DNA of 64,000 bases from Chiloscyllium plagiosum (taxonomy: Eukaryota): assembly GCF_004010195.1 (NCBI RefSeq), contig NC_057752.1, positions 4,021,872-4,085,871 of the forward strand. The letters are read 5' to 3'. The first letter of the stretch is position 1, and each line of letters starts with the position of its first letter. Positions 1-13,938 of the stretch are shown one piece after another. Under the pieces are notes generated by a model. It saw nothing but the letters and a program-made list of their open reading frames with translations. It was not told the DNA's origin and did no database searches. The translations under genes were made by a program, and so were the position numbers.

Positions 1-215
1 AATCTATGGAATTCCTTGCCCAGTGAAGTAGTTGATGCTACTTCAGTCAACGTTTTTAAAGCTAAGATAGATTTTTTTTGAACAATAAAGGAATTAATGG
101 ATATGGTGAGTTTGTGGGTAAGTGGATCTGAGTCCACAAACAGATCAGCCATGATCTTATTGAATGGCAGAGCAGGCTTGAAGGGCCAGGCAGCCTACTC
201 CTGCTCCTAGTTCTT
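1..215 (+). mobile_element. CR1-clade LINE 3' end fragment
   Basis: aatctatggaattccttgcccag...gatcttattgaatggcagagcaggcttgaagggcc...cctactcctgctccta is a typical shark CR1 3' terminus. Confidence 0.75.
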
Positions 216-217
216 AC

Positions 218-1187
218 TGTCCAATGGTCTGGCCGAAAGAGCAGTTCAAACTTTGAAAGCAGGCTTAAAGAAACAGCCGACAGCTTCACTTGATACCAAA
301 CTGTCCCAGTTCCTATTTGATTATTGGACCATCCCCCATGCAGCTACAAAGATATCTCCAGCACAGTTGCTAATGGGGAGAAGACTCCACACCAGGTTAA
401 GTCTGATCTTCCCGGACCTGGGGGGAGGGGGATGGAGGTGAGGGTGAAACAGCACCAGGAACGCCAATGCCAGACATAAGACTCTGCTAAGTGAGAGAGA
501 TAGTTTACTTCATGGGACAAACTCTGGTGGCAAAAACATGGAAATAGCCTGACTGGGTAAGGGGCATGGCCGACATGAAGTAAGGTCCCGTGACCTACAA
601 AGTAAGTAATCCTGAACAAGCATGTGGACTGCCTGAAAGCTGCAAATTTGCAAACGGGACAGGGGCAAAACATACCCGGCCCCTCAGAACACCTGGAAAG
701 CTGTTGATAACCATGGGTTCTCCCCCTCTGCCCAGCGTCAAAGAGACCTCGGAATCTGAAATGGACACAGTGATGGCACAGCCTCGATGCCTTTACTACC
801 TGAAGAAGAGGATGAATTCCTTCCGAGATGCTCTGAGCACAAGAGGCGGGCTCTGGTCTGGTACATGCTGCCTATATCCAAGGCCGAGTCAGAAGAACCA
901 GACCCAGTGTAAAAACGCCTCAGGAGAGGCTACAAGACAAAGAACAGGCCTACATCCCTGGACTTGGAGGGGGATGTCGTGATTGTAACGAGGTCAGCCT
1001 GGTGGACCTCATAGAATGAGTTCCGTGATTGGACCAGATCAACAGCCTCAATCAGGGTGCCCTGGCTGACAGATATAAACAGGAGGGTTAGAGCTTCTGT
1101 TCACTCTGAGAGCTGGCTCTGAGGGAGCTGGATCAGTTTGAAGAACTCTCCACGTGTAAATAAAGGGTCAATTGTGGAGTTATTTCA
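218..1187 (+). mobile_element. Gypsy-type LTR retrotransposon 3' part: integrase C-terminus, PPT and 3' LTR (975-1187)
   Basis: SNGLAERAVQTLKAGLKK...YWTIPHAATKISPAQLLMGRRL is an integrase core end. The PPT ggagggga precedes TG at 975. The LTR has TATAAA 1074-1079 and AATAAA 1159-1164 and ends in CA at 1187. Confidence 0.8.
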
Positions 1188-3919
1188 GGATTTGTCTTGA
1201 TAATGGAGACTAGCACATAATTTCAAGTTATACAACGATCCTTGACCCAAGAATCAAAATGAGTATGGAAAGGAAACATATACATTTCAGAGACTGAGGG
1301 ACAGGATTTGATTAGATGCTATTAAGCCTGCCACAAACGATGCTGGATAGAACATTACAACTAAACACATCCTTAACCCCTAAAGCCATGTAAAAACCCA
1401 GGGTCAATCAAGGAAACAAATACTCTGGAAAATTCCTCTTTGACATCTTTGTACAATAGGACTCAGTCAATGAGATCACATGGACCAAGTGCTATTAAGT
1501 TTCATAAAATAAATAACAAAATAATTTTGTTTTATTCTCCAAAAAGGGAGATAATATCAAGATCATTTCGGAAGTTTTGCAATGAGATCTTGCACAAATC
1601 TTCTTCTTCTGAGAAATTTGGCAACAAAAGGAGTGGAAAACAATGGGACCATCACAGTCATTTGCTCCTCCAATATTTCTTATTTAAAGGCCCCTTGGCT
1701 CAGAAATTTATACTTTGAAAAGAAAACTATTTCCGTCTATAAATCTGCATTGCTGTTTTAACTTTGCTTTTATTATACCTTTACTTTTGGTTCCTGCACT
1801 TTTCCAAATGACGAAGGATGGTCATGGTTGATTTAGTACATTTTAGGCTCTCTAGCCTTCAACCCCATCCCACTATCCCCCAACATTAATTCCTCCATGC
1901 CAATGCATGCCTTTCCCACCTCGCCACACAGTCCCTCATACCCCTATGCCAATTCAACACAAACCCACCCAGCTTCCATCATAGGCAGACTTCAGGAGCC
2001 ATGTGGAGATGGAAAAATACTGTACTCTTAAAAAAAAATCTAATCCAGATCCTGCAATACATACTTGATTGTGAGAATAAACACTCATTCTTGAAAGCAT
2101 CAAACTTTTTAAATTTACTTATGATTAATCTCTTATAAAAGCAAATAAATATGTGTTCATATCCCTAGCCTCTTTTAAGTAGTCAATCAAATGGTGAACT
2201 CAAAACCCACTGCTGATATAATTGTAGCTTTGAAAAATAGTCAAGTCTTCATAATGAATAGCTGCTGTAGAAATGTCAACAAAGACCTCTATTGAAAGAA
2301 TACTGTGATGCAGCGGTAATATCCCTGCAAAAGGGATAACCAAATAACCAAAGGATTTTGGTTGAAGTCCCACCCACCACAAAAGCAGCTCATGATCTGT
2401 CCGAACAGTTTGCTTTTAACAAAAAAGCTTTCTTATATCGCTAGCTGGCTTGTCAATCAGAGCATTCCACCAGAGGTTTCACAAACAACTTAAGGCAGTT
2501 ACCTTTTACAGTTTAAGGAGATTTAAAAACAACTTCAGCTCACGACAGTTAAACAGACCTCAGCCCTTTACAAGCTTTTGTGTTTACTCAATACATTTGT
2601 GACTCCCACAATGCCGGTTAACACCCTTGTAACAGCCTAAAAAGGGTACGTTTGAATTCAGCACTAAGTTGAAATGGCCCTTGGAGTTTTGGCTTCCCTC
2701 CAGTGTGAATCTCACTACTCCTTGTTTCCCTACCAGCAACAATAAGGGGAGCATATGTGTGTCCAGCCACCCATCCACCATCTTTAAAACTCCACAGAGC
2801 CTTCCCAACTCCATGAAAATCTAGTTCAAAGATTTTGTGTTTGGGACACCGTGATCACTACACTTTAGAAGGACATGATGGTCCTTAAATTGGATGCAGA
2901 GAGGATTTGTCATATTGATTCCAGAGATGATGAATACTAACTCTGAGTAGATTGGTGAAGCTGGGATTGTGATTGCAAAAAAGGAGGGGAGATATAATAG
3001 CAGTGAACAAGAATATGACAGGCTTAGATAAGACAGGCAAAGAAAAGCTGTTCCCATTAACTGATTGTGCAAGGACTAGGGAACATAGATTTAAGGTTTT
3101 AGGCAAGTGATGCAGAGGGGATGTGCAAAAGAACTTTCTTTCGTACAGCAAGTGGCAATGACCTGGAGCCCACTGCCTATCATGGTGGTGCAAGTGAAGA
3201 TGATGGATAATTTGAAAAGTAAATTAGGGCACGAATGATGAAGATCCGCATGGGAATTTTATCTGTCTTTGTTTAATCATGTATGAAATGGCCCTAAACT
3301 ATGCTCAAATGGCTGTGAAACCAAATTAGAGATATGAAGTAATCAGTCTCTTAAAAAAGTTTAGATTGCGACACTGCTAAAAGAATTAAGACTCTACAGA
3401 TGACCATGAAATCATTGTTGATTGTTGGGAATACTATCTGGTTCACTGTTGTCCTTTAGGGAAGGAAATCTGCCATCCTCACCTGGTCTGGCCTACATGT
3501 GACTCCAGGCCAACAGCAATGTGGTTCACTCTTAACTTCTCTCTGAAATGGCCGAGCAAGACACTCAGTTCAAGGGCGGCTAGGGGTGGGCAATAAATGC
3601 TGGCCAACCAGCAACACCCATCCCACAAGTGGATAACAAAAATGCCTTAAGGTCTGTAGCAGTTGCAACATTTGCATTCCTGTATGTGGAGGATGAGGTA
3701 AAGCAGTCTAAAGTATATGTTTCAATTCTCTAATCGGCACCAGAGTGAATTGCATTTGATAAAGGTTGCTAGGATGACTGCAGTTAACCCCTTGATTATT
3801 TAACAAGTGCTCAGTCATTTTTACATTTGTTTTCTTTCTGAACAGTTCAGTTTGCTGAATATTCTTGACTTAGGATTTAGGTTGACTAGCTGTGATACTA
3901 ATCGGCCTATTACGCAGCA

Positions 3920-4205
3920 GATGGCACTGCTGCCTCACAGCACCAAGAACCCGGGTTCGATTCCAGCCTTGAATGACTGTCTGTGTGGAGTTTGCATGTT
4001 CTCCCTCTGTCTTTGTGGGTTTCCTCCGGGTGCTCCAGTTTCTTCCCACAGTCCAAAAATGTGCAGGTTAGGTGGATTGGCCATGGGAAATGTGGAATTA
4101 TGGGATACGGTGGGGGGTTGGGTTTGGGTGGGATGCTCTTTGGAGGGTTGCTGTGGACTCGTTGGGCCAAATGGATTCTTTCTGCACTGCATGAGTTCTA
4201 TGATT
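3920..4205 (+). mobile_element. HE1-like tRNA-derived SINE
   Basis: gcactgctgcctcacagc...ccgggttcgattcc (B box)...tgtgtggagtttgcatgttctccc...ttcccacagtccaaa core; same family as 18265-18587. Confidence 0.85.
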
Positions 4206-4735
4206 ATTAGAACAAAACAGGCCCTTTGGCCCACTGTGTCTGTGGAAACCATGTGATGCCTTGCACATCTACTTTAAACTTTCCCCCTCTCACCTTAAAC
4301 CTATGCCCCCTAGTCTTTGACGTTTACACCCTGGGAAAAAGACTCCAACTATCCACCCTATCCATGCCTCTCATAATTTTATATACTGCTATCAGGTCAC
4401 CCCTTAGGCTCCGACAATCAAGTTTGTCCAACTTCTCCTTATAGCGAATACACTCCAATCCAGGCAACTTCCTGGTAAACCTAATTTATACCCTCTCCAC
4501 ATCCTTCCTATAGTGTGAGGACCAAAACTGCATGCAATACTCCAAATGTGACCTAACTAAAGTTTTATACAGGTGCAACATGATTTACCACATTTTATAC
4601 TCAATCCCCTGACTGATGAAGGCATGCATGCCGTAAGCCTTCTTTATCACCTTATCCATTTCGTTGCTGTTTTCAGGAGCTATGAACCAGCAGCCTCAGA
4701 TCCTTCTGTCTATCAGTGCTCCTAGGGATCCTGTC
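4206..4735 (-). mobile_element. HER1/CR1 LINE 3' fragment
   Basis: cttccccctctcaccttaaacctatgccccctagt...aggtcacccct is the reverse complement of the CR1 ORF2 C-terminus (RGDLI...RGHRFKVRG). Confidence 0.8.
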
Positions 4736-4748
4736 ATTTTACTGTGTA

Positions 4749-4967
4749 CAGGTCGTTCTGCTATAACCCATGTTTTGTCAATGCAAATTCGCTGTAAAGT
4801 GATTGATGAATTGGGGAAGCTGTTTCTAAAGCGTGAACTTTTAAAACGTATGTTGGCTATAATGCGATTATATCGCCAACACTTTCAGTGTTATTTGTAA
4901 TGTGCGATTCTTATATAGCACAGGGTTGCACAGGAATGCGAATATTGTGCTATAGAAGAAATGACTG
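4749..4967. mobile_element. Tc1/mariner (pogo/Tigger-like) MITE
   Basis: Starts TA|CAGGTCGTTCTGCTATAAC and ends GCTATAGAAGAAATGACTG (imperfect TIR). A related end occurs at ~34259. Confidence 0.55.
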
Positions 4968-6429
4968 CATTTTCCTCTTGGATTTGACCTCATTGTAGTC
5001 GTGATAATATGTGCAATATAACATACTCTGAAAGTGGGAACCTTGGAGACTGACAGCACCACGAATCTCTCCGCTCATTTAGCTAAGTGAATGCAAGTTC
5101 TGGGTGAACTATGAGGAAGATTTGCAACTCTATACAATAATTTGTATAGCTTTACGTAATGAAATGTCCTAAGGTGCTTCACAGGAACATATTGAAGCAA
5201 TGTTTCACCCATTGGTCAGTTTTAAGGAGCATTTAATGAGGAGAATGAGAATAAGATGTGGAAGGAGAGAACTCCAGAATTTGGGATTCCAGGCAACTGA
5301 GGTCACAGCTGCCAATAGTGGAGGGATTAAAATCAGAGATACTGAGGAGGCCAGAATTAGGGGAGTGCAGATCTCTCAGAGGGTTATGGGCCTGATGGGC
5401 ATGACAGAGATTGGGGGTCAAGGAGGGATTTAAAAATACAGAACATGAAATTTAATGACAAGAGCCAATGTAGGAGCCATTGTGTAGGCCTGCGAGCACA
5501 TAGGTGATAGGGGAACAGAACTTGGTGCGAGTTAAACTGTGAACAACAGAATTTTGGATGACCTCAAGCTTATAGAAGCTAAAATAAGATAAACAAGCTA
5601 AGATTGTATTGGGGTAGTGGTAGAAAGAGAAAACAAAGAGTGCTTTTAATTAGATAACACTTTCAAAGAGCTAGCAAACTGTCGAAGGATTGAATTACCT
5701 CTCTTTCTTCTATTTGATTCACCGCCTTTGTGATTTTGTGCATCGATCTCCACCTATTAGGCCATTGCAACACTCACTGTTTCAGATCAGTGTGATACCA
5801 AATACCTTAGCATTCTGTTCTTCATCAGCATTGCCTCGCACAGTGTAGTTAAAAGAATTCCCCCTTCCTTTACAGTTTGGAGTGGGATTTTTCAACTCAT
5901 GCCTACTGCAAAAGCCTCAACCACACTCTTTAAAATGTTAATGGACTGATTCTTCTTCTGGCTTGTCTGTCATTGCCTGATATCCTACAAGCTGAAAAAC
6001 TTCTTACTTTCAATGAAACCATGCCCCTTTTGTGCACATTATCTGCCACAGCCATGCCCAAAAGCAGTGGAAAAATGAAATCTTTGGCATAATTGTAAAG
6101 CTAAGGGTGGTAGTCTATGGGTGTCATTCTGCTTTTTTGTTGCATTGAAAACTTAAAATAATGATTCACAATTAAGTTATGCTAAGTATTGTATGGTCTG
6201 AAATATTAGCACGACTCAAACAATTACTATCATGAAAAGAGGAAGAGAGAGAGAGAGAGTAAGAGAAGAGCCTCCATAATTCAGAGGAGTAATTCAGTAA
6301 TGATCTGGGACCTTATTGTATTTTTCCATTGCCAGATTGTGTAATATAACTTAGGGTAAACAAATGGTTTGAGTTTCTTTGATACTGGTATTATTTTCTT
6401 GGATTGAGTATATTCAAATATCCTGATGT

Positions 6430-6560
6430 ATTCCTGAAGAAGGGCTTTTGCCTGAAACGTCGATTTTACTGCTCCTCGGATGCTGCCTGAACTGCTGTGC
6501 TCTTCCATCACCACTAATCCAGAATCTGGTTTCCAGCATCTGCAGTCATTGTTTTTACCC
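6430..6560 (+). mobile_element. PLE terminal-repeat remnant with minimal hammerhead motif (6430-6465)
   Basis: attc-CTGAAGA-a-gggc-tttt-gcct-GAAACGTC, followed by gatgctgcctgaactgctgtg...ccagcatctgcagtc. Confidence 0.7.
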
Positions 6561-8169
6561 TGTATTCAAAGATCTGTATGGGTGGGCACCTTGTTGAGAC
6601 AGGAAATTGCTGTGCATTAATTTAAATTGATTTACATTGCAGCCTTCATAGTTGAACAAAAGAAACATGGTCCCCTTTTAAGAGGTTTTAGTGACCTTGA
6701 CCCAATAGCTTGAATACAGTCTTAAATCAGCATTACTTTACTTAGAGTGGGTCACCAACCTTCTGTTACTTGTTTGCAAGTGCACAACACAACGATGTAA
6801 CGAGCAACGAATGACCTGTGTCCTTGAAGTTGATGTAATGGAAATTGGACATTGCGCTCCTATCCTTTCAAAATCTCTTTCTGACTGAATAATCAAAATG
6901 AAAAGACTACATGAAGAACCAAGGCTTACACCAGCAACGTTGGGAAAAAAAAAGTTTAGGTTGATTTGAGACTTAGATGACACCAAATTTGGGTTTTGAA
7001 AGCTTACTGATGTTAGGAGGAGAGGATTGTCTGGCAGAAGTAAAGAGTTCCACATTTCTGAGCTCCAAACAATAAGTGTAAAGTAATAGAATCTGCTGTC
7101 AAGATATGCGTTAAAATGGCTTATTTCTTTAAGTATCATTAGGATTATGTCTGTTGGAATGAATAATGAATGCCCTGGCTAAGTCTTGGAGTTTTGTGTC
7201 TGTTTTCAATTTGCAGCAAAATCTCGAGTAAAAACAATTGGAGATCTTCCCCAATTTACTCAGAAACTTCAGTTTTGAGATTTATTAAAGCAGCGATGCT
7301 TTACGCTAATTGTCTCTGACCTGTAATTGTCTGTTCTGATATGTCTGTCACACATATATTATATTGGGAGTATTGCAAATGCTGGGAAGGATAGTGATGG
7401 CATCAAGAGGACTTGGGCTGATGGAATAACAGACACATGACTGTAGAGAAGCATTAAGTGATAATATTTGGTAGGAGAAATGAAGAGAGGCCGTAGAAAA
7501 TAAGGCTGTGGTTGCTGCCAGCCACGTGCACTTGTGGCAAAATCTTTCAAAGATATTTAAATAGAGTGATTTAAAAACCTGACAAACACCTGAAAACTAA
7601 AACAAAATGAAAATGTACATAGATGAATAGAAAAAGAACAGTTAAAGAAAGTAGGATTATACGAAACTTTTAATAATCTGTTTCATACTGTGCATGCACA
7701 TAAAAAATTGGAAGTGAGCATTGAAATACAATCATTGATGTCAGTAGAGATATCAACAAAATAAATGGCACAATTCTAAAGTAGGTGAAGGAGCCCAAAT
7801 CATTGAAGGTGCCAGGATAGATTGAAAAAATGGTTAATAAAGCATATGGGATTCTAGGCTTTGTAAATAGAGGCATAGAGTACAAAGGCAAGAGAGTTAT
7901 GGTGAACCGTTTTCTATAAAACATTGGTTTGGCCTCAGTTAGAGTATTATGTCCAATTCAGGACCCAACAATTTAGGAAAGATGTGATTTCAAGAGGGTA
8001 CAAAACACCTTAACAAGAATGGCACCAGGGATGAGAGACTTTAGTCATGTCCCTGGATTAGAGCAGCTGGGTTGATATCATGGAGAAAAGAACATTGAGA
8101 GGTGATTTGACAGACATGTTCAAAATCATAAGAGTAAACAGGGAGAAACTGTTTTAAAAGGTTCAAAGG

Positions 8170-8550
8170 TCAAAAGGTTGTGGGTTCAAGTTCCATTCTC
8201 AAGATTTGAACACGCAATTCAACACTGACAGTCCAGTGACATTCTGAAGGAATGCTGCATTGCCTGAGGTACCACCTTTTGAACGAGATTTGAAATAGGC
8301 TTTGTCTATCCTCTCAGGTGAGCATGAAAAAAATCTAGTGGCACTATTCTGAAGCAGTATTCTGAAGCAGAGCAGGGCAGTTATGTCCAGTGACTTGGCC
8401 AATATTTATTCCTCAATCAACACTGCAAAAGCATTACCTGGTTATTATCAAATTGCTGTGTGTGGGAGCTTGCTGTGTGCAAACTGCCATGTTTCTTACA
8501 TTATTAAAATGTCTACACTTCAGAAACATCTCATTGGCGCTTAAAAACAA
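8170..8550 (+). mobile_element. Deu-domain SINE (decayed)
   Basis: gggttcaagttcc B box followed by gaaggaatgctgcattgcctgaggt...ttgaacgagatttgaa, a Deu-like core. Similar copies lie near 9150-9910, 23480-23700, 39300-39720(-), 54510-54900 and 58790-59560. Confidence 0.6.
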
Positions 8551-9296
8551 GTATTCTTATTCTACATTTTTAACCTAAATCTTTTTGATAATTTGATTTA
8601 TTTTCTATTATGGAAAGTCCTATCCAGAGTATTTATTTTTCATTCTTCCCTTCAGATGCTGATAGACTTGTGCTGTGATACAAGCAGTTTTGTTTTATTT
8701 CAGTTTCTCTGCATTTACACTATCTCTTAATAACATAGCTTGACTCGTTATCTTTTCACCTAACGTGGTATCAAATCATTACTTGTGGAAGGTCAATTCT
8801 GTGGCCTAATGAACTGTTTTAAATTAAGGAGAGGTATATAGATTATATTTTTCTGTAATAGGTTATATCACCTGCTTAGCTATGTTTTGACTGTGTACTT
8901 TGTTACTTTGCTTGAATGTTGTGGCTTTTTTGTTGTAAACTTTGTATTTCCATATTGCTAATAAAGAACCAAACAAAACTCATCGCAACTGGTGCATTTA
9001 TTTAGTGTCGTGATAGTTTCATTATTTTTGGATTGTGAGATGTAAAACAAAGAACAGAAATAGTTAAACTTCGTACTAATCAAAATGAAGCATGTCTCTA
9101 TGGGAGAATAGAATACTGCTTCAGTTGCAGAATGAAGCTCACTTTCAATGTCAGCTGTGGCTAATTTGGTTGCTGTTGTATTAAAAAAAACTCTGGATTC
9201 AGGTTTCCCTCCAGGGCAACAGCATTAAAATCAAGGCTGACACTGGAACAGCGAGGGAGTGCTGCATTGTTGAAGGTGCTGTCTTTTTAATGAGAG

Positions 9297-9760
9297 TTAA
9301 CAATCACACAACACCAAGTTATAGTCCAACAGGTTTATTTGAAAGTACTGTACAAGCCTTTAGAGCGCTGTTCCTTTGTCAGGCAACTAGTGGGGCAGGA
9401 TCATAGAACATAATTTATAGTAAAAGATCAAAGTGTCATACAATTGATGTGATGTATTGAACAAACCTAGAGTGCTGTTAAGTCTTTAATCACTTAGAAT
9501 GGGTATGCAGGCTTCGATTAATTAATATGTAAATCCCAGGATTTCTTTCAAGTCACATTCTCGAGACAACTTAAGGCTTTATCAGTATAAAAACAAAGGT
9601 GACATCTCAGCTCAGACAATGCATTAAAGGTATGAGATTACAGTTTGTCTGTATCCCAATGTTGAGTCAGACTGGTTCTATTTCCAAAGTTGGAATTTAT
9701 AAAATACCACATGGACTGTCTGCCTACAGATTGTGTGCTTTTTGAACAAAATGGAATTTA
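9297..9760 (-). mobile_element. PLE 3' region inserted into a Deu-SINE
   Basis: tcacacaacaccaagttatagtccaacaggttta...tagagcgctgttcc is related to the reverse complement of the 3' end of the PLE at 21423-22940. Confidence 0.65.
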
Positions 9761-10971
9761 TCTGCCCTCTTGGGTGATTTGTAAAAAATCCTAAGGCACT
9801 GTTTTGAAGAAGAGCAGGGGAGCTATCCTTGGTGTCTTCATTAATATTTATCCTCCAATTGACATCACAAAAACAGATAATCTGGTCATTTTGCTGTTTG
9901 TGGGAAATTACAGACAGAAGCCATTCAGCCAATTGTGTCTGTGTCAGCTCTCCAAATGTGCAAATCACTTTGTGTCATTCTCCTGCCATCTCCCCGTAAC
10001 CTTGAACATTCTTTCTTTTCAGATAACAGTCTCATTCCCTTTTGAATGCTTTGAATCAAGCTGCCTCCGCACACTCTCAAGCAGTGCATTCCAGTACTAA
10101 ACCAGTAGCTGCATGAGAAATTGTTTTTTTTTCCATTTCTTCTTTTGCCAATTATTTCAAATCTATGTCCTTTGATTCTCGATCATTTTGTGAGTGGGAA
10201 CAGTTTCTTCCAATCTTCTCTGTCCAGACCCCTCCATGATTTTCAAAGCCTCTATTAAATCTCTCTGTTTTCTCAGCTCCAAGGAAAACAGAGCTAACTT
10301 ATTTAATCTATCTTCATGACTGAAGTAACTCATCCCTGAGCCATTCATACGAATCTTCTCTGTACTCTCTCCCATGCCTTCACATTTTTCCTGAAGTGTC
10401 ATTCCCACAGTTGGACTGAAATCAAATTAATATCCTATACAAGTAACTGCTTGTTCTTGTACATGATGCCGTTATTAAAACCTAGGATATTACATTTTTT
10501 TTTAGTTAACTGCTCTCTCAAACTGTTCTATCACCTTTAATGACTAATGCACATACACACCAAGTCCCTTTGCTCCTGCTTTTCCTTTACAGTTACACCT
10601 TTATTTTGTATTGGCTCCATGTTCTTCCTACAAAAATGTATCACCTCATATTTCTGTGGATTAAATCTCATCTGCCACTTGTTTGCCCATTCCACCAGTT
10701 TGTCTATGTCCTTTTGAAGTTTTTCATAATCCTTATGGTTTACAATGTTTCCAAGGTTTGTATCATCTGCAAACTTTTAAATTGTGCCCTGTATACCAAA
10801 GTCTAGGTCAGACTAGGGGGCAGATATTTAAGGTGAGAGGAGAGAGATTTAAAAAAGACATGGGGGGCACATTTTTTACACATAGGGTGTAACATTCACG
10901 TGTGGATTGAACTTCCTGAGAAAGTGGTGGATGTGGGTACAATCACACTTATCAAAATGTGTTTTAAACAT

Positions 10972-11626
10972 TGTATGTATGTTTGCTCACTGAGCTGGAA
11001 AGTTCATTTTCAGATGTTTCGTCATCATACTAAGTAACATCTTCAGTGAGCCTCTGGTGAAGCACTGGTGTTAGTGACCCGCTTTCTATTTATGTGTTTA
11101 GGTTTCCTTGGGTTGGTAATGTTATTTTCTGTGGTGATGTCAGTTCCTGTTCTTTTTCTCAGAGGGTGGTAAATGGGGTCCAAGTTGAAATGTTTGTTGA
11201 TAGAGTTCCAGTTAGAATGCCATGCTTCTAGGAATTCTCGTGTGTCTCTGTTTGGCTTGCCCTAGGATGGATGTGTTGTCCCAGTTGAAGTGGTGTCTTT
11301 CCTCATCTGTATGTATCCTTACTTACAAGAATTCCGAGAAGAATGGCATTCCAATTGGAACTCTATCAACAAACACATTGACCTGAACTCCATTTACCAC
11401 CCTCTGAAAAAAAGAACAGGAACTGACATCACCACAGGAAATAACATTACCAACCCATGGAAACCTAAACACATAAATAGAAAGTGGGTCACTATTATCA
11501 GTGCTTCATCAGAGGCTCACTGATGATGTTACCTAGTATGGTGATGAAACATCTGAAAACGAACTTTCCAGCTCAGTGAGCAAACTTACATACAGAACCT
11601 TAATTTGAGCTACAAATCTTCTCAAA
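10972..11626. mobile_element. Truncated PLE with inverted terminal segment and hammerhead motif, nested in a CR1 3' end
   Basis: 10972-11160 is the reverse complement of ~11410-11594. Coding remnant REEWHSNWNSINKHIDL; CTGATGA-tgttacc...ggtgat-GAAACATC at ~11520-11553. Confidence 0.75.
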
Positions 11627-13124
11627 ATTTTTATAAGTGCCTGAATAGGAAAGGTTTGCAGGTATATGGGCCAGCAGCAGGCAAGTGGGACTAGTTTAGT
11701 TTGAGATTATGTTTGGCATGGACTGGTTGGACCAAAGGGTCTGTTTCTGTGCTGTATGACTCTATGACTCCAATAATACATATCAGGAAAAGCAAGAGTC
11801 CCATCACTGACTCGTGGGGAACTCTACTACAAACCTTCCTCCAGCCCAAGAAAAATCCATTATCCATTACCTAACGATCTGCCAATTTTGTACTCCTGTT
11901 GCCATGGTCCCTTTTATGCCATGAGCTCTAACTATGCTTGCAAGTGTGTCTTTTAGCACTGTATTAAATGCCTTTTTGAAGTCTATGTTAACATCATTAC
12001 TCTCTTAAACCCTCTTTGTTCTCACTTCAAAAGACTCCAAAAACTTAGTTAAATATGATTTTCCCTTAGGATATCCATGCTTTTTTGTTAACTAATCCTA
12101 ATCCACATTTGACAATCTAACATATTAATTTTGTCCCACCTTATAATTTCTAGAAGTTTCCCAACCACTGAGATTAACCTAACTGATTGCTGGGTTTATT
12201 TTCATCACTTTCTCATGTCATGTATCTCATCTGATCCTGATACCTTATCAACTTCAATTACAGACCATCCATTCAGAAGCACCTCTTCATTGATTTTAAA
12301 CCCTTCAAGTGTCTGTACTACTTCCTCTTTCACCATGGGCTGAGTACCATCTTCATTGATAAAGACAGTTGTAACATACTTGTTTAACACATCAGCCATG
12401 CTTTCTGTCTTTATACGTAAATCCTCTTTTTTGTCCCACATTCTTTCTCTCTATCTACTCATCCTCATTTAAGAGACTCCGTATACCTGCTGCTTTGACT
12501 AATCTTTTGTTCACCTATCCAAATATATCAATGTGCAGATCAGTGTCAAATTTTGTTTAATAACATTCCTGTGAAGTGGCTCGAGTCAATTTTTTTCAAT
12601 GCGAAAGAGGCTTTATAAATTCAGATTGTTGAAGATTCAATATTAAAGAATCCAATATAATATCCATCCAGGACTCATATCAGTTGACAATGCATAATGT
12701 ATCCATTGAAGATACAATTGACGATTTAGGACTTTAATGGAATTTGCTACCTCTGGTGGTGGAAATGGAGCCAATGAATGATTTCAAAAAGAATTTGGAT
12801 GACTACTTGACAGAAATAAACTTGCAAGGCCACGAGGACGAAATGGTGAATGGGACTGAATATGTTGTTCTATAGTGACTGTCGTGGACTTAATGGGCTA
12901 AATGGTCTCCTTCTGTGCCATAATGACTATAATTATTGAAGTTTCAACTCTCCAAATGTTGATGGTTTGATCCCATTGTCATAACTGAGGAAACCTGACT
13001 GGAAAGGAATATTGTTTATTGCTGAACACCAAAATAGAGCCACTACTCATGGTGTACATAGGCTAGTCCCAGCCTAAGGCAGACAGTTCTGCAGACCCAA
13101 CTCTGGGTCTACTTTATAAGCTAT

Positions 13125-13938
13125 TTTTAATCAACCTGTTTATGGACACTATGACATGCAATTGGAGCAGCAGGACTCAAACTCAGGCCTCCTGGCTTAG
13201 AGGTAGAAGTCTGTTTTATAATTATTACTTAACAAACCTGTTCAGAGATGTTATCATACAGCTGCGGAGCAGGAAGGATTTGAACACAGGACTCCTGATC
13301 CAATGCACCACAAGAACCCTAAACAAATATCTTCTAATCAACCTGTTCAAAGATGTTATTACACATCTCTGGAGTAAGTGGGACTTGAACCCAAGTCTCC
13401 TGGCTCAGAGGTCTGCTTAAGAAGTATTTTTAATCAACCTGTTCAGATATCATATTCATTGAATATTCAGTGTTACATTTGCTGAAAATTCAATATTCCC
13501 CACATTGACCTTTTTCAAAGCTTTTTGCTGGTGCAAAATGAAACTTATGGGGAAATATTTTCACTACTGCAGAGAAGACTATCTGGATGGTTTATTAAAT
13601 TGAATGCTTGTAATTTTTTGAAATGTATCTGTTTATGTTTTAAGGTCTGGAATTTCTTTTATTTTAAGATATATTATCAATAGATGATTGAACTGAAATA
13701 AAACCAGCAAGGGGAAAAGTGTTTGATGCAAAGTTTACTGTAAATAAATGAATATAACTTGGTTGATGACTTAAGTGTATTTAATACTGGATGACAAATG
13801 ATATATGTAGATACTTGGTGCTTAAATTGTTTCTTGATGTTTTTAACCAACCTTTTCAGAAATACCTCTGGAGTAAGTGAGACTGGAACCCGGGTCTTCT
13901 GATCTAGAGGTAGGGGCACTGCCACCATATCACAACAG
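13125..13938 (-). repeat. Cluster of 4-5 short tRNA-derived SINE-like copies
   Basis: Repeated aatcaacctgttcagagatgttattacaca...ggacttgaaccc units at ~13125, 13230, 13333, 13428 (partial) and 13840. On the minus strand they carry a B-box-like GGTTCAAGTCC. Confidence 0.65.

Noticed and set aside
6738..7139. 133-aa minus-strand ORF in unique-looking sequence
   Set aside because: No recognisable domain or coherent exon structure; probably chance, though it could be non-coding conserved DNA.
13125..13450. Repeat-spacer-like pattern suggestive of a CRISPR array or tRNA gene cluster
   Set aside because: Eukaryotic context, diverged ~90-bp units, and no intact cloverleaf; these are SINE-like copies.
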